The notes below the pieces were generated by a model. It was not told the origin of the DNA. It did not search any database and saw only the letters and a program-made list of their open reading frames with translations. From Trueperaceae bacterium (lineage in GTDB: Bacteria > Deinococcota > Deinococci > Deinococcales > Trueperaceae): a DNA stretch of 56,876 bases. Shown here piece by piece: positions 8,857 through 19,039 of the stretch. The first letter of the stretch is position 1; the number at the start of each line of letters is the position of its first letter. The position numbers and the translations under genes are program-made. The stretch covers positions 1-56,876 of the forward strand of contig DASSXV010000076.1 of NCBI GenBank assembly GCA_035703635.1, written 5' to 3'.

Positions 8857-9989
8857 GTCGCGTTCGGGTTCTACAGTTGTTACCTAGCCTCGGCATGGGG
8901 GGCGCGGAGCGCCTAGCGGTTCATCTGGCGCGATCGCTCGATCCCCAACGGTTTGAGGTGAAGGTCGTATCCATGTTCGGGCCAACGGATTCGGACTTGA
9001 GTGAAATGCTTAGTTCTCGCTCGATTCCACTCGAGTACCTTGACAAGCGTCCCGGCTTCGACGGTTCGATGGTTACCAAACTGCACCGCGCCTTCAGGCG
9101 GTTTTCGCCTGACGTCGCCCACTCGCATCTGCGGGTGCTGCAATATGCTTTGCCAGCTTTCGTAGGTAGCGGGGTGACTGCGAGGGTGCACACCTTTCAC
9201 AGCGTCGCGCAAAAGGAGGCGAAGTGGTCGGGCAGGATGATCCAGCGCCTGGCATTCAAGTCCGGAGTCACGCCCGTAGCGATTTCCGATGAAGTAGCCC
9301 GCACGGTGCAAGACGTATACAAGATCTCGCCGCTAACGATCCCGAACGGGATACCGGTCGCCGACTATCGTGACAACTCCGCCGCTGGCACTGACCTGCG
9401 GGAGAGTCTGGGACTTAGCGCTAACGACTTCGTGTTCGTATGCGTAGCCAACCTTAGTCAAGCGAAGAACCACGCGCTGCTGTTGTCCGCACTCAAGGAA
9501 GTCGTCGCCGCGTCGCCTCAGAAGATCATGCTTCTTCTCGTAGGAGACGGCCCGTTGCGGCCGGCGCTCACCAGCGCTGCGTCCGAACTCGGCAACGCCG
9601 TTCGCTTCCTCGGCCGCCGCACTGACGTTCCTGCGATCCTAGCGGCCGCCGACGCGTTCGTGCTCGCGTCCGACTATGAAGGGAACCCGCTAGCGGTGAT
9701 GGAGGCCATGGCGGCAGCAAGGCCGGTCGTCGCGACGGCGGTAGGCGGAATCCCTGAGCTGATCACTGACGGCGTGGACGGTCTCCTAGTCCAACCTGGG
9801 TCTCCTGAAGGGCTGGCAGAGGGCATGATCAAGTTGGCTTCCAACCCGAACCTAGCGTCAGCGCTGGGAACGGCGGCGTCAGAAACGGCACGCGCACGTT
9901 TCAGCATCGACGCCATGGCGAACTCGTATGGCGAGCTATATCACCGGCTGACATCAGGCCGCAATCAACGCCAGCGGACCACACCATGA
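8853..9989 (+). CDS. GT4 glycosyltransferase
   Basis: RVLQLLPSLGMGGAER, IPNGI, KNHALLL, AADAFVLASDYEGNPLAVMEAMA; GTG overlaps the upstream TGA. Confidence 0.92.
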   Translation: MSRVRVLQLLPSLGMGGAERLAVHLARSLDPQRFEVKVVSMFGPTDSDLSEMLSSRSIPLEYLDKRPGFDGSMVTKLHRAFRRFSPDVAHSHLRVLQYALPAFVGSGVTARVHTFHSVAQKEAKWSGRMIQRLAFKSGVTPVAISDEVARTVQDVYKISPLTIPNGIPVADYRDNSAAGTDLRESLGLSANDFVFVCVANLSQAKNHALLLSALKEVVAASPQKIMLLLVGDGPLRPALTSAASELGNAVRFLGRRTDVPAILAAADAFVLASDYEGNPLAVMEAMAAARPVVATAVGGIPELITDGVDGLLVQPGSPEGLAEGMIKLASNPNLASALGTAASETARARFSIDAMANSYGELYHRLTSGRNQRQRTTP

Positions 9990-11215
9990 CGGCGGCCAGC
10001 CACAAAGAGCTCCGACTCCTCGTGGTAACCCAGCAGTTCCCGCAAGGCTCAGCAGAGGCGTTCCTTGCGCCAGAGCTGAGCGAGATGAAGAAGCGCGTCG
10101 GCGCCCTGATCCTCGTACCCAGGTCGCCAGGCTCCAAGGTCGTTCACGGCGACGCCGCCGAGTTCCTCCCCGACGCGCACGTTCGCAAGCTCGTTTCCGG
10201 CGAGATACTCGGAGTGGCAATTCGAACCATCGCCCGCCGGCCCGTCGCCTTCTTGAAGGTACTTGGCCTGCTGCTTCGTTCCCGGAACCCCGCCATGTTC
10301 ATGAGGAACCTAGGCGTCCTACCTAAAGGTTTGTGGCTCGGCGCACTGACACAGGAGTTGAAAGTCGATCACATCCACTGCCATTGGGCGGCCACCGTGA
10401 GCACCATGGCCATCATCGCCAGCACGGTCGCGGATGTCCCCTGGAGCCTGTCGACCCACCGCTGGGACATCGTCGAGAACAATCTCTTGCGTGAAAAGTC
10501 GCGATCCGCGCGGTTCGTGCGCTTCATCTCCCGCAGCGGGGTGCAGCTCGCGAAAGGCAACCTCAGCGCGGACGCGAACTGCCAAGTCATTCACCTTGGC
10601 GTCTCCGCTAAACCACTTGTCGAGCCCACTTCTCAGAACCGCACTTTTACCGTCTTGTGCGCAGCTAATCTCATCGAGGTCAAAGGCCACCGCTACCTGC
10701 TCACCGCCGTTGCGGAACTGATACGCAACGGTGACGCCGTACGGCTACTGGTCGCGGGCAAGGGCGTGCTCAGGCAGTCGCTCGAGCAGCAAGCGGAGCA
10801 GCTTGGAATCGCCTCATCCGTGGACTTCTTAGGTGTAGTCCCCCACGAACGCCTCCTAGATACTTATGCTCGGGGAGAGATCGACGTGGTCGTGCTACCA
10901 AGCGTTGACCTAGGCAACGGCCACCACGAGGGAATACCTGTGTCACTTATGGAAGCGATGAGTTTCGGCATCCCCGTCGTTTCAACTAGTACGGGTGGGA
11001 TACCCGAACTACTTGGCGAAGGCGCCGGCGTACTAGTGCCTCCCGCGGACGCCCCGGCTCTAGCAGGCGCCTTGAGAGAACTAGCTACGAACTCGCAGAG
11101 GGCCGCAGAGGTCGGGATGCGCGGGCGAGCTCGAGTTAGCAGCGAGTTCTCTGCAGTGGATGGCGCCGCTAGACTACTGGAACTGATCCAGCCGACGGAC
11201 GGGAGCAAGGCGTGA
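9986..11215 (+). CDS. GT4 glycosyltransferase (WcaL/AmsK-like)
   Basis: HIHCHWA, KGHRYLL, EGIPVSLMEAMSFGIPVVST..GGIPEL; ATGA coupling. Confidence 0.9.
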   Translation: MTAASHKELRLLVVTQQFPQGSAEAFLAPELSEMKKRVGALILVPRSPGSKVVHGDAAEFLPDAHVRKLVSGEILGVAIRTIARRPVAFLKVLGLLLRSRNPAMFMRNLGVLPKGLWLGALTQELKVDHIHCHWAATVSTMAIIASTVADVPWSLSTHRWDIVENNLLREKSRSARFVRFISRSGVQLAKGNLSADANCQVIHLGVSAKPLVEPTSQNRTFTVLCAANLIEVKGHRYLLTAVAELIRNGDAVRLLVAGKGVLRQSLEQQAEQLGIASSVDFLGVVPHERLLDTYARGEIDVVVLPSVDLGNGHHEGIPVSLMEAMSFGIPVVSTSTGGIPELLGEGAGVLVPPADAPALAGALRELATNSQRAAEVGMRGRARVSSEFSAVDGAARLLELIQPTDGSKA

Positions 11216-12426
11216 GCAGCATTACCATCGTGATTCCCCATTTCGCGCCTGAATCCAACGCTGGAGCTAAGCGCATCACGGCGCTCGCTGACCTTCTCGT
11301 GACCAAAGGCTGGCACGTCGTGGTGGTCACACAACTGCCCCACCAACCTCAGAACAGCATCTACGCTGGCTACGATGTGGCTACTCCACACGTTACGGAG
11401 ACCGGCGGCCTGAAAATCATCAGACTGAAGCCGTGGATAGTATCTAAACAGAGCCTAGTCCTGCGCCTGCTTTCGGAGTCCGTCTTTACTCTGCGAGCCT
11501 TCCCCCACCTGCTGCGCGCGCGCACCGACGTCATACTGGCGTCCAGTCCCTACATGTTCCTCGGCCCCCTCGCCTATCTGGTGGCCCTGGTGCGTTCTAA
11601 ACCCTTCGCCTGGGACGTGCGCGACCTCACATGGCAATACCCCAGCGCGAGTGGCAAGCGTACGTTCGGCTTGGACCTACTCCTCGCACAGGCGATGAAG
11701 TTCACAGGACGCCGCGCTGACCTCCTTACCGCCACCACGCAAGGACAACTTGACTACTTCGGCCGAGTGCGGGGAGCCGCTCGAGTAGTGCCCAACGGCG
11801 TCACGCGTCAGATATATGACGCGCTGTCTCAGCTACCCGCGCCGTTCGCGCCGGGGCGTCCGAGGGCGCAGGTCGGTTATGTCGGGCTCTTCGGGTTCAA
11901 CCACGCGACAACTAAGATCGTCGAGGCCGCCCGTCAACTGCCCGATGTTGACTTCGTGTTCGTTGGTGATGGGCCAGACCGCGGCGTGCTTGAGGACGCC
12001 GCGCATGAACTGGCGAACGTGACGGTCAAACCCTATATGGCTTTCAGCGAGTTGGTGGCGGTTTACGAAGGTTGCGATGTTCTCGTATCTCAGTTTCGGC
12101 GCAGCCCCGTCTTCAAGTGGGTGCAGGCCGCGAAGGTCTGGGAGTACTTGGCGACTGGCCGACCCGTGATACATGCAGGCGAGGGCGAGACGGCCGAAGT
12201 CCTGGAAGAGAACAACATCGGAGTCGCAGTCGAGCCCGAGAACCCCACCGCACTGGCTACGGCGATTCAGCGACTGCTCGCAGACCCGCGCGCAGCGAGG
12301 GAGATGGGAGAGCGCGGCAGGGAGTTCGTTCGAGCCTCGCGGATCCGCGAGGATACGTTCGAGAGTGTCGACAGCGACCTGAGGGACCTAGTGGCCGGGC
12401 AGGAAACTACCAACAGAACCGCATGA
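11212..12426 (+). CDS. GT4 glycosyltransferase (WbuB-like)
   Basis: HFAPE..AGA.R, DVRDL.W, VPNGV, KVWEYLATGRPVI; GTGA coupling. Confidence 0.9.
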   Translation: MSSITIVIPHFAPESNAGAKRITALADLLVTKGWHVVVVTQLPHQPQNSIYAGYDVATPHVTETGGLKIIRLKPWIVSKQSLVLRLLSESVFTLRAFPHLLRARTDVILASSPYMFLGPLAYLVALVRSKPFAWDVRDLTWQYPSASGKRTFGLDLLLAQAMKFTGRRADLLTATTQGQLDYFGRVRGAARVVPNGVTRQIYDALSQLPAPFAPGRPRAQVGYVGLFGFNHATTKIVEAARQLPDVDFVFVGDGPDRGVLEDAAHELANVTVKPYMAFSELVAVYEGCDVLVSQFRRSPVFKWVQAAKVWEYLATGRPVIHAGEGETAEVLEENNIGVAVEPENPTALATAIQRLLADPRAAREMGERGREFVRASRIREDTFESVDSDLRDLVAGQETTNRTA

Positions 12427-13904
12427 GCATCCGCTGGTGGCTAAGCCTCCTCGGTTCAACCGCGGCTTTGCTCTTCGCGCCCGCCGCGGTCGTGAACTTC
12501 TCAGTGCACTGGCTGCTGGGGGACAAGCGCTGGCGAGAATCGACTCCCTGGCTGCTCGTGTGGGTCCCTATTCTCTTGCTTGGATTGTGGCGCATCACGT
12601 TCGGAGACGGCTGGTGGTTGATCGCCGTCTCCGTAACGGGCGCCAGCTACTCACTCGTGATCAAGCCACGCAGGGTAACGCCAGTGATCATCGGCTTGGG
12701 TGTCGCGATCCTAATCTTCGTCGCGACTGCTTTCGCGAGCACCATGATGCAGCGCAAGAGCTGGCATACATACTCCTACTCCGCCAATCAGCTGCGTGTT
12801 GCGTTCGATTGGCTGCGTGGCACCAGCCTCTTAGTAGCTAAAGGAGGCGACGCTGCCTTCGGACAGCTGTGGGAAGTGCCTGCTGGAACCTCGAAGCTGT
12901 CCGTGTCCTTAGACTTGCGGACCCCCGTCGCCGGCGCGGATCCCGCAACAGTCAGGGCCTTCCTGACCAGAGCCGGTGGCCAGGTGAGCCAGCCCTTATC
13001 GCCCGCGGCCGACGCAACCACAGAGTGGGCCCGGACTACCTGGACGTTCCCGGTCGAACGAAGCGAACGAGTTACCCGCCACACCGTTGTCTTGCGGGTT
13101 GCCGCCGGCCAGGCCGTCGAGGCGCGCGCCATCCACGTCAGCTCCAACGGTGGCGGCGTACCTCGTCAAATCGCTTTCTCACCACGGGCGCAGCTCTGGT
13201 ATGGAGACCCGAATATCGCTGGTCATTCAGTTGCCATGGCTGGGTTAGTTGCGCTGTCGCTGACGTCCTCACCTGGGCTAGCGGCCATCTTGCTGGCCGC
13301 TAGCGGCGGCGCCGTGGCGTTGACCGGTAGCCGTACGGCGCTGATCGCACTGGCACTGGGGGCCATCGCACTCGTCGCGGCGCACAGACGCGCTAGACGA
13401 CTCCGGCTACTCACGCTCCTTGCAGGCGCACTAGCGGTGGCCGCGCTCCTTCTGCTTCGGCCTGAGGTTCTAGGTAGCTTGTCTCGCTTCGTTATCGACG
13501 GGAACAGTGTGCCAAGGCAAGAGATCTGGCGGTTCGCCATGGGGCTTAGCGCCGAGCGACCTTGGTCTGGCTGGGGTGCTGGAGGTTTCGCCGACGCGTG
13601 GCAACTAGCTCACGCTGGTGCCTCCAATCTTCAAGTGACCCACGCTCACAACCTCCTCCTTGAGTTCTTGGTCGCATATGGCATCCCCGGTGGCCTCACC
13701 GTGGCCGTATTCAGTTGGGGCCTGCTGAGGGTCGCGTGGTTACGTCGGCGGAGCGCTGGAGCGACCATCGCCTTGGTCGCCCTCCTTCTCAGTACGACGG
13801 ATTACACCCTGTTCAGTTCCGCGGTCTTGGCACTGTTGATTCTCGGCGTCAACACGGACGAGCTGCTGGTGGCGAATGGCGCGTCGCGGCCGGGGGCGAA
13901 GTGA
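12423..13904 (+). CDS. O-antigen ligase / oligosaccharyltransferase (Wzy_C) family protein with an inserted extracytoplasmic domain
   Basis: GDPNIAG, LTGSRTA, R.EIW......RPWSGWG.GGF, HAHNLLLEFLVAYGIPG; ATGA coupling at 12423. Confidence 0.85.
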   Translation: MSIRWWLSLLGSTAALLFAPAAVVNFSVHWLLGDKRWRESTPWLLVWVPILLLGLWRITFGDGWWLIAVSVTGASYSLVIKPRRVTPVIIGLGVAILIFVATAFASTMMQRKSWHTYSYSANQLRVAFDWLRGTSLLVAKGGDAAFGQLWEVPAGTSKLSVSLDLRTPVAGADPATVRAFLTRAGGQVSQPLSPAADATTEWARTTWTFPVERSERVTRHTVVLRVAAGQAVEARAIHVSSNGGGVPRQIAFSPRAQLWYGDPNIAGHSVAMAGLVALSLTSSPGLAAILLAASGGAVALTGSRTALIALALGAIALVAAHRRARRLRLLTLLAGALAVAALLLLRPEVLGSLSRFVIDGNSVPRQEIWRFAMGLSAERPWSGWGAGGFADAWQLAHAGASNLQVTHAHNLLLEFLVAYGIPGGLTVAVFSWGLLRVAWLRRRSAGATIALVALLLSTTDYTLFSSAVLALLILGVNTDELLVANGASRPGAK

Positions 13905-13988
13905 TCCCTCCGCATCGACCAGTCTGGTGCTAGCCTGCTGGCGTCCTCACAGCTAGGGACGCCAGTCGCACTGACGTAAGATGCCCTG

Positions 13989-16900
13989 ATGTCCGTAGCC
14001 ACCCCACGCCTGAGGCGCGGCCTCGCTTTCATCGCGGGCATCGGCATCGCGGCCATCCCCTCGGTTGGGCCGTTCCTTGCGATTCTGACGATCTTCACCG
14101 GTCAGCTTGCCATCCAGCGGGCCGATTTCTGGTGGTTGGCTTCGGCGGCCCTACTCAGTCTTCCCTATCTTCTCGCGGGTCACCCCGTGGCGGCGCTTCT
14201 GACCGCCCTGCAGATCGCCGCGGTGTGGCTCATCTACCGCTCGGCGGCCGAGTTCAGGAGCGGCGTTCGCAGTCGGACCATCTCGGACGACCTCGGCGCT
14301 GGCCTGATCGTCGGGCTTGGGGTAACGCTCGCGTTCGGCTTGCGGCAACTGGGCGACTTTCGCTTCGATGTCGCCAAGACCGCCCTAGACGCCATCACGT
14401 GGAACACTCACCCTGCCGTTTTCGGACACGCGATCCTCGTGATGGCCGCCTTACTCGCCTTGGTCGTCCCCTCGCCTGGGTTGAGAGTGATCGCGCTCGG
14501 CTTGGGCGCGGCTGGAGTCATCATCTCCGGGGCCCGCGAAGCGGTCTGGGCGTGGCTGGTCATCGCCATCGGCCTGCAGTTCGTGGGCCGCCGCGGCGGT
14601 CGCGGGACCAAGATCGCCAGCTGGGTGCTCACCGGCATGATGGCGCTCCTCGTTACGGGCCTTGCCACGCAGTTGGGGCTCGGCCGCACCGGCTTCCTGA
14701 CCGATTACGTGCCGCCGCCAGATAACCCGAACCTGTTCCGCGGCACCGAGGTCGCGAACGGCGACTGGTGGTTCCCGCTCGGCGTCACGTTCACGAGTCA
14801 CCACGAGACCATCGATGGCAAAGTCCGGTCCGTCATGGATGTCACCAAGACCTCTCCCGAACCGTGGTCCAGGCTGCAACAGGCCGTGACCTTGAATCCG
14901 GGAGAGACTTACACGCTGAGCGCGCTCCTCAAAGCCACATCCGGCGCAACACCCGGGTTCGATAGTTGGGGTCAAGACGGTGGGCAAGGAGCGACCGTCA
15001 CCGTTGGCACCGTCCTGGAAGGCGACACTCACCGCGTCAACTCTGCCGCCGAAGTCAAAGTCATCTCTACGAGTAGCGAAGCCGTCGACGGGGATTGGGT
15101 AAGGGCGATCGTCACCTTCGAGTACACGGGCGCCAATGCGCTTACTTGGTATGTGGGCGTCGTTCCGGACCGGTCCGTGCTCACCGGAATAACGGCGAGC
15201 TTCGCCGAGCTACAGCTTGTGCAGTCGTACACAAGCACGCTTTACCGTCCTGGCGCGGCGGTCCGCGGGGTCACCGACCTTAGTCAGTCTCGTCTACCGA
15301 TCTGGCAAGATGCCATCAGCGCCATTCGCGCGAAGCCTCTCCTCGGCTGGGGTCCCGATGGTTTCCCTAGGGCCGTGGCCGCGGCGCACGCCGACGAACC
15401 GCTCTTACGGCCCGTAGCCGCGCACGCTCATAACGCCTTCCTGGGTACGTGGGTCGACCGCGGCATCGTAGGGCTCGTCGGCCTTCTTGGCTTGATCGGA
15501 CTGCTGTTCCTCCGCGCCATTCAACAGCGTGATAAAGCTGCACTAGTCGTGCTAGCCGGCATCATCGTGCTGAACATGTTCGACTCCACTATCTTCTCAG
15601 GGGCCGTCATCTACCCATTGGCCGCCGTGCTCGGCTGGCGAGCAGCGGGCCACCGACAGGTTGCGGGTCACGAGGCGGGCTCAGGCGCGAACCTCTTCAC
15701 GCGCGTCAGTCTCGCGGCAACCGATTGGGTTCTGGCGGTAACCGCCTTCGCCACGGCGTACGTCCTCGCAGGACCAGCGCCAACGGCAGCCACGGCGAAC
15801 GACGAGGTCCTGATAGTCCTTTACCTCGCCTTGCTCTGGCCACTGGCGAACGCGCTCGCAGGGCAGTACCCGGCGTATGGCCGGCCGAGTTGGGCCGAGT
15901 TCCAATGGAGCTTCAGCGGCGCGGTCGCGGCAGGCGGGTTCGCGCTGCTGATCAGCGCCGCGTTCCCCAGCCAGATTCACGTGCCGCTGGCGGTAACTTT
16001 CCTAGCAACGGTGATCACATGCGTCATCAACCCGCTTGGGCGGGCCATAGCCAAGCGTGCGCTCTACACCCTCCGCGTTTGGGGCAGGCCCGTCGTGATC
16101 GTTGGTCACCAAGGGTCCGCAGATCAACTCGCCCTCTCGCTGCTGGCGCAGCCACTACTCGGGCTGCGCCCGGTCGCCATCGTCGATGCGGAGCCGAAGG
16201 CAGCGATGGACCCGGCCCTCACGGCCATCGCCCACCACGACCTCAGCCCTGGCGTCGAGGCGATGTCGAACCACTGCATCGTTCAGCCTGGGCAACAACC
16301 TTCCGAGCTACCCCGCCGCGTCCTGAGCGCAGCCGGAAGGGACGCGTTCCGCTATATCCAGGTCGTCCCCGACCTGCACGACGTGCCCAGCTCAGACGTC
16401 GTCGCGAGGCCCCTCGGCATGGCGTTGAGTCTCCAAGTTCAGAACAACCTGGCTTCGCCAGCCAACCGCGCGTTCAAGCGCACGTTCGACATGGCCGCCG
16501 TACTGCTCGGTGGGGTCCTCGCTGCCCCCCTCGTGGCGCTTCTCGCGGTTGCCATCCGGCTTGACTCCCCGGGGCCCGCGTTCTTCAAGCAGCGCCGCAT
16601 CGGCCGCGACGGCGTGCCCTTCTTCGTGTGGAAGTTCCGCAGCATGGTGGCGGACGCTCCAGAGCGGCTGAAGTCACTGCTCGAGAACGACGCAGAGGCC
16701 CGCAAGGAGTGGGAGTCCACTCAGAAGCTAGTGAACGACCCGCGCATAACGCGGGTGGGTCGGCTGCTGAGGAGGACGAGCCTGGACGAGCTTCCACAAC
16801 TGTGGAACGTGGTGCGTGGTGAGATGAGCCTCGTTGGACCTCGCCCGATAGTGGACGACGAGATTCCCAAGTACGGCGACCAGTTCCACTACTACATCCA

Positions 16901-17072
16901 GGTGAGGCCAGGCATGACTGGCGCCTGGCAGGTCTCCGGCAGGTCGGACACTTCCTACGACTATAGGGTCGCGCTCGACACCTACTACGTTAGGAACTGG
17001 AGCGGTTGGATCGACGTGGACATCCTGGTGAAGACGGCGGCCGTGGTCCTGAAGCGCGAGGGCGCCTACTAA
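13989..17072 (+). CDS. wbaP: Fusion of an O-antigen ligase/OTase (Wzy_C) domain and a WbaP-type polyprenyl-phosphate hexose-1-P transferase
   Basis: N-half: [14 protein letters not shown]...KPLLGWG, HAHNAFL...DRGIVG. C-half: [71 protein letters not shown]. Confidence 0.92.
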   Translation: MSVATPRLRRGLAFIAGIGIAAIPSVGPFLAILTIFTGQLAIQRADFWWLASAALLSLPYLLAGHPVAALLTALQIAAVWLIYRSAAEFRSGVRSRTISDDLGAGLIVGLGVTLAFGLRQLGDFRFDVAKTALDAITWNTHPAVFGHAILVMAALLALVVPSPGLRVIALGLGAAGVIISGAREAVWAWLVIAIGLQFVGRRGGRGTKIASWVLTGMMALLVTGLATQLGLGRTGFLTDYVPPPDNPNLFRGTEVANGDWWFPLGVTFTSHHETIDGKVRSVMDVTKTSPEPWSRLQQAVTLNPGETYTLSALLKATSGATPGFDSWGQDGGQGATVTVGTVLEGDTHRVNSAAEVKVISTSSEAVDGDWVRAIVTFEYTGANALTWYVGVVPDRSVLTGITASFAELQLVQSYTSTLYRPGAAVRGVTDLSQSRLPIWQDAISAIRAKPLLGWGPDGFPRAVAAAHADEPLLRPVAAHAHNAFLGTWVDRGIVGLVGLLGLIGLLFLRAIQQRDKAALVVLAGIIVLNMFDSTIFSGAVIYPLAAVLGWRAAGHRQVAGHEAGSGANLFTRVSLAATDWVLAVTAFATAYVLAGPAPTAATANDEVLIVLYLALLWPLANALAGQYPAYGRPSWAEFQWSFSGAVAAGGFALLISAAFPSQIHVPLAVTFLATVITCVINPLGRAIAKRALYTLRVWGRPVVIVGHQGSADQLALSLLAQPLLGLRPVAIVDAEPKAAMDPALTAIAHHDLSPGVEAMSNHCIVQPGQQPSELPRRVLSAAGRDAFRYIQVVPDLHDVPSSDVVARPLGMALSLQVQNNLASPANRAFKRTFDMAAVLLGGVLAAPLVALLAVAIRLDSPGPAFFKQRRIGRDGVPFFVWKFRSMVADAPERLKSLLENDAEARKEWESTQKLVNDPRITRVGRLLRRTSLDELPQLWNVVRGEMSLVGPRPIVDDEIPKYGDQFHYYIQVRPGMTGAWQVSGRSDTSYDYRVALDTYYVRNWSGWIDVDILVKTAAVVLKREGAY

Positions 17073-17094
17073 CCCCATCGCGGTAGAGTACCGC

Positions 17095-17925
17095 GTGCCC
17101 TCAACGCCCCAAACGAACGGTGCGCTCCGCGCCTTCGGCGTGGTGACCGCCGTCTCCAAACCGCTTTACTGGTTGTATGAGCGGCGGCTGTTGCGCGCCG
17201 TCAAGGACGAAGGGCACCTACCGCGCCACATCGGCATCATCATGGACGGCAACCGTAGGTTCGCGCGGGCGGCCGGGATCGACGTGAAGGCTGGCCACGA
17301 CTACGGCGCAGGCAAAGCGCGGGAGGTGCTCGACTGGTGCCTCGAGTTGAGCATCCCTCACGTCACCCTGTGGGGGTTCAGCAGTGAGAACCGCTCGCGG
17401 TCGCCTGAGGAAGTCAAGCACCTCCACCAGCTCTTCGGGGAGCAAGCGAAGAGCCTCCTCAACGACGAGCGCTTGCATGCCAACAAGGTGCGGGTGCGCG
17501 TGATCGGCGACATCGCTGACTTTCCTGACGATGCCAAGGCCGCGCTCGCCGCGATGGAGGAAGCCACGCGCGATTACACGGGCATGTCGGTCAACGTGGC
17601 GCTCGGCTACGGGGGCCGCGAAGAGATCGTAGACGCCGTGAGGCGCCTGGCCGCCGAGGAAGCGAGCAACGGCGTGACCATCGACGAGTTGGCGCGTACG
17701 CTCACGGCCGACCAGATCACCCATCACCTCTATACGGCTGGCATGCCGGACCCGGATTTCGTCATCCGCACGTCCGGTGAGGTGCGGCTCTCCGGCTTCC
17801 TGCTGTGGCAGACCGCCTACAGCGAGTTCTACTTCTGCGACGCCAACTGGCCGGAGTTCCGCAAGGTCGACTTCCTACGCGCCGTTAGGTCGTTCCAGGC
17901 GCGCGAGCGCCGCTTCGGCAAATGA
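17095..17925 (+). CDS. uppS: cis-prenyltransferase (polyprenyl diphosphate synthase)
   Basis: PRHIGIIMDGNRR, FSSEN, YGGREEI, PDFVIRTSGEVRLSGFLLWQ, FQARERRFG. Confidence 0.93.
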   Translation: MPSTPQTNGALRAFGVVTAVSKPLYWLYERRLLRAVKDEGHLPRHIGIIMDGNRRFARAAGIDVKAGHDYGAGKAREVLDWCLELSIPHVTLWGFSSENRSRSPEEVKHLHQLFGEQAKSLLNDERLHANKVRVRVIGDIADFPDDAKAALAAMEEATRDYTGMSVNVALGYGGREEIVDAVRRLAAEEASNGVTIDELARTLTADQITHHLYTAGMPDPDFVIRTSGEVRLSGFLLWQTAYSEFYFCDANWPEFRKVDFLRAVRSFQARERRFGK

Positions 17926-17947
17926 CCGCAATGGGGGATGGCAACTG

Positions 17948-19030
17948 ATGGACAGACCTTTCGTCGCCGTGATCATGGCGGGCGGGCAAGGGCAACGCTT
18001 CTGGCCTCTCTCCACCGCTAACAAGCCGAAGCAGTTCCTGGACTTGCGGGGGAGCGGGCGCACGCTACTCCAGGCCACCTACGACAGGGTGCTGCCGCTC
18101 GCCGGTTCACCCGAACGCGTGCTGGTTGCCACCGCCGAGCGTTACGTAAAGCTCGTGCAGCAGCAACTACCTGACCTGCCGCCAGGCAACCTGCTCGTAG
18201 AGCCAACACCGCGCGACTCTGCTCCGGCCATCGCCCTCGCCTGCCTGACCATCGAGGAGCGCTTCGGTGACGTCGTAGCCGGCTTCTTCTCATCCGATCA
18301 CGAGATCGGCGACGTGGAGGAGTTCCAGGCCGTCCTTCACCGGGCGGCGCAGCTGGCGAACGTCGAGGACGGGCTCGTCACCATCGGCATCAGCCCAACG
18401 CGGCCCGCCACCGGCTACGGTTACATCGAGGTCGGCGAACCCGCTGGCGACGAGGCAGGCAGCGGCAATCACGTAGCGCGCTTCGTAGAGAAACCGAACT
18501 TGCCGACCGCCAAGTCGTACGTGGCCGGTGGACGTCACCTGTGGAACGCGGGCATATTCGTGTGGCGCGTAAGCACGGCCCTGGCCGAACTCGATGACCT
18601 CGACCCAGAACTCATGGTGCCGCTGCGGCGCGCGTTCGCCAGCGGCGAGGTGGCCGACGTCTTCCCTAGTCTCAAGAAGATCAGCATCGACTTCGCGCTC
18701 ATGGAGCGCACCGACAGGGCGCTGGTGGTGCCTGGCAGCTTCGCGTGGGACGACATCGGCGACTGGGTGGCGCTCGAGCGCCTCCTCACGCCGGAGAACG
18801 GACCGGGCGGCGCGAACACCGTGGTGGGGCGGCACGTCGGCCTGGACACGTCGCGCAACATCGTTTACACCGAGGACCCTGACGACGTCATCGTCACGCT
18901 CGGCGTGCACGACCTGGTCATCGTCAAGCGCGGCAACGCCGTCCTGCTCGTGCATAAGGAGCGCGTTCAGGAACTGAAGACGCTGCTCGCGGACGAGCGG
19001 CTGGCCGGCCTCCTGCAGCGCGAGGACTGA
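17948..19030 (+). CDS. manC: Mannose-1-phosphate guanylyltransferase
   Basis: VIMAGG.G.RFWPLS...PKQFL, SDH, TGYGYI, FVEKP, WNAGIF, ISIDFALME, WDDIGDW. Confidence 0.93.
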   Translation: MDRPFVAVIMAGGQGQRFWPLSTANKPKQFLDLRGSGRTLLQATYDRVLPLAGSPERVLVATAERYVKLVQQQLPDLPPGNLLVEPTPRDSAPAIALACLTIEERFGDVVAGFFSSDHEIGDVEEFQAVLHRAAQLANVEDGLVTIGISPTRPATGYGYIEVGEPAGDEAGSGNHVARFVEKPNLPTAKSYVAGGRHLWNAGIFVWRVSTALAELDDLDPELMVPLRRAFASGEVADVFPSLKKISIDFALMERTDRALVVPGSFAWDDIGDWVALERLLTPENGPGGANTVVGRHVGLDTSRNIVYTEDPDDVIVTLGVHDLVIVKRGNAVLLVHKERVQELKTLLADERLAGLLQRED

Positions 19031-19039
19031 ACACCCCGC

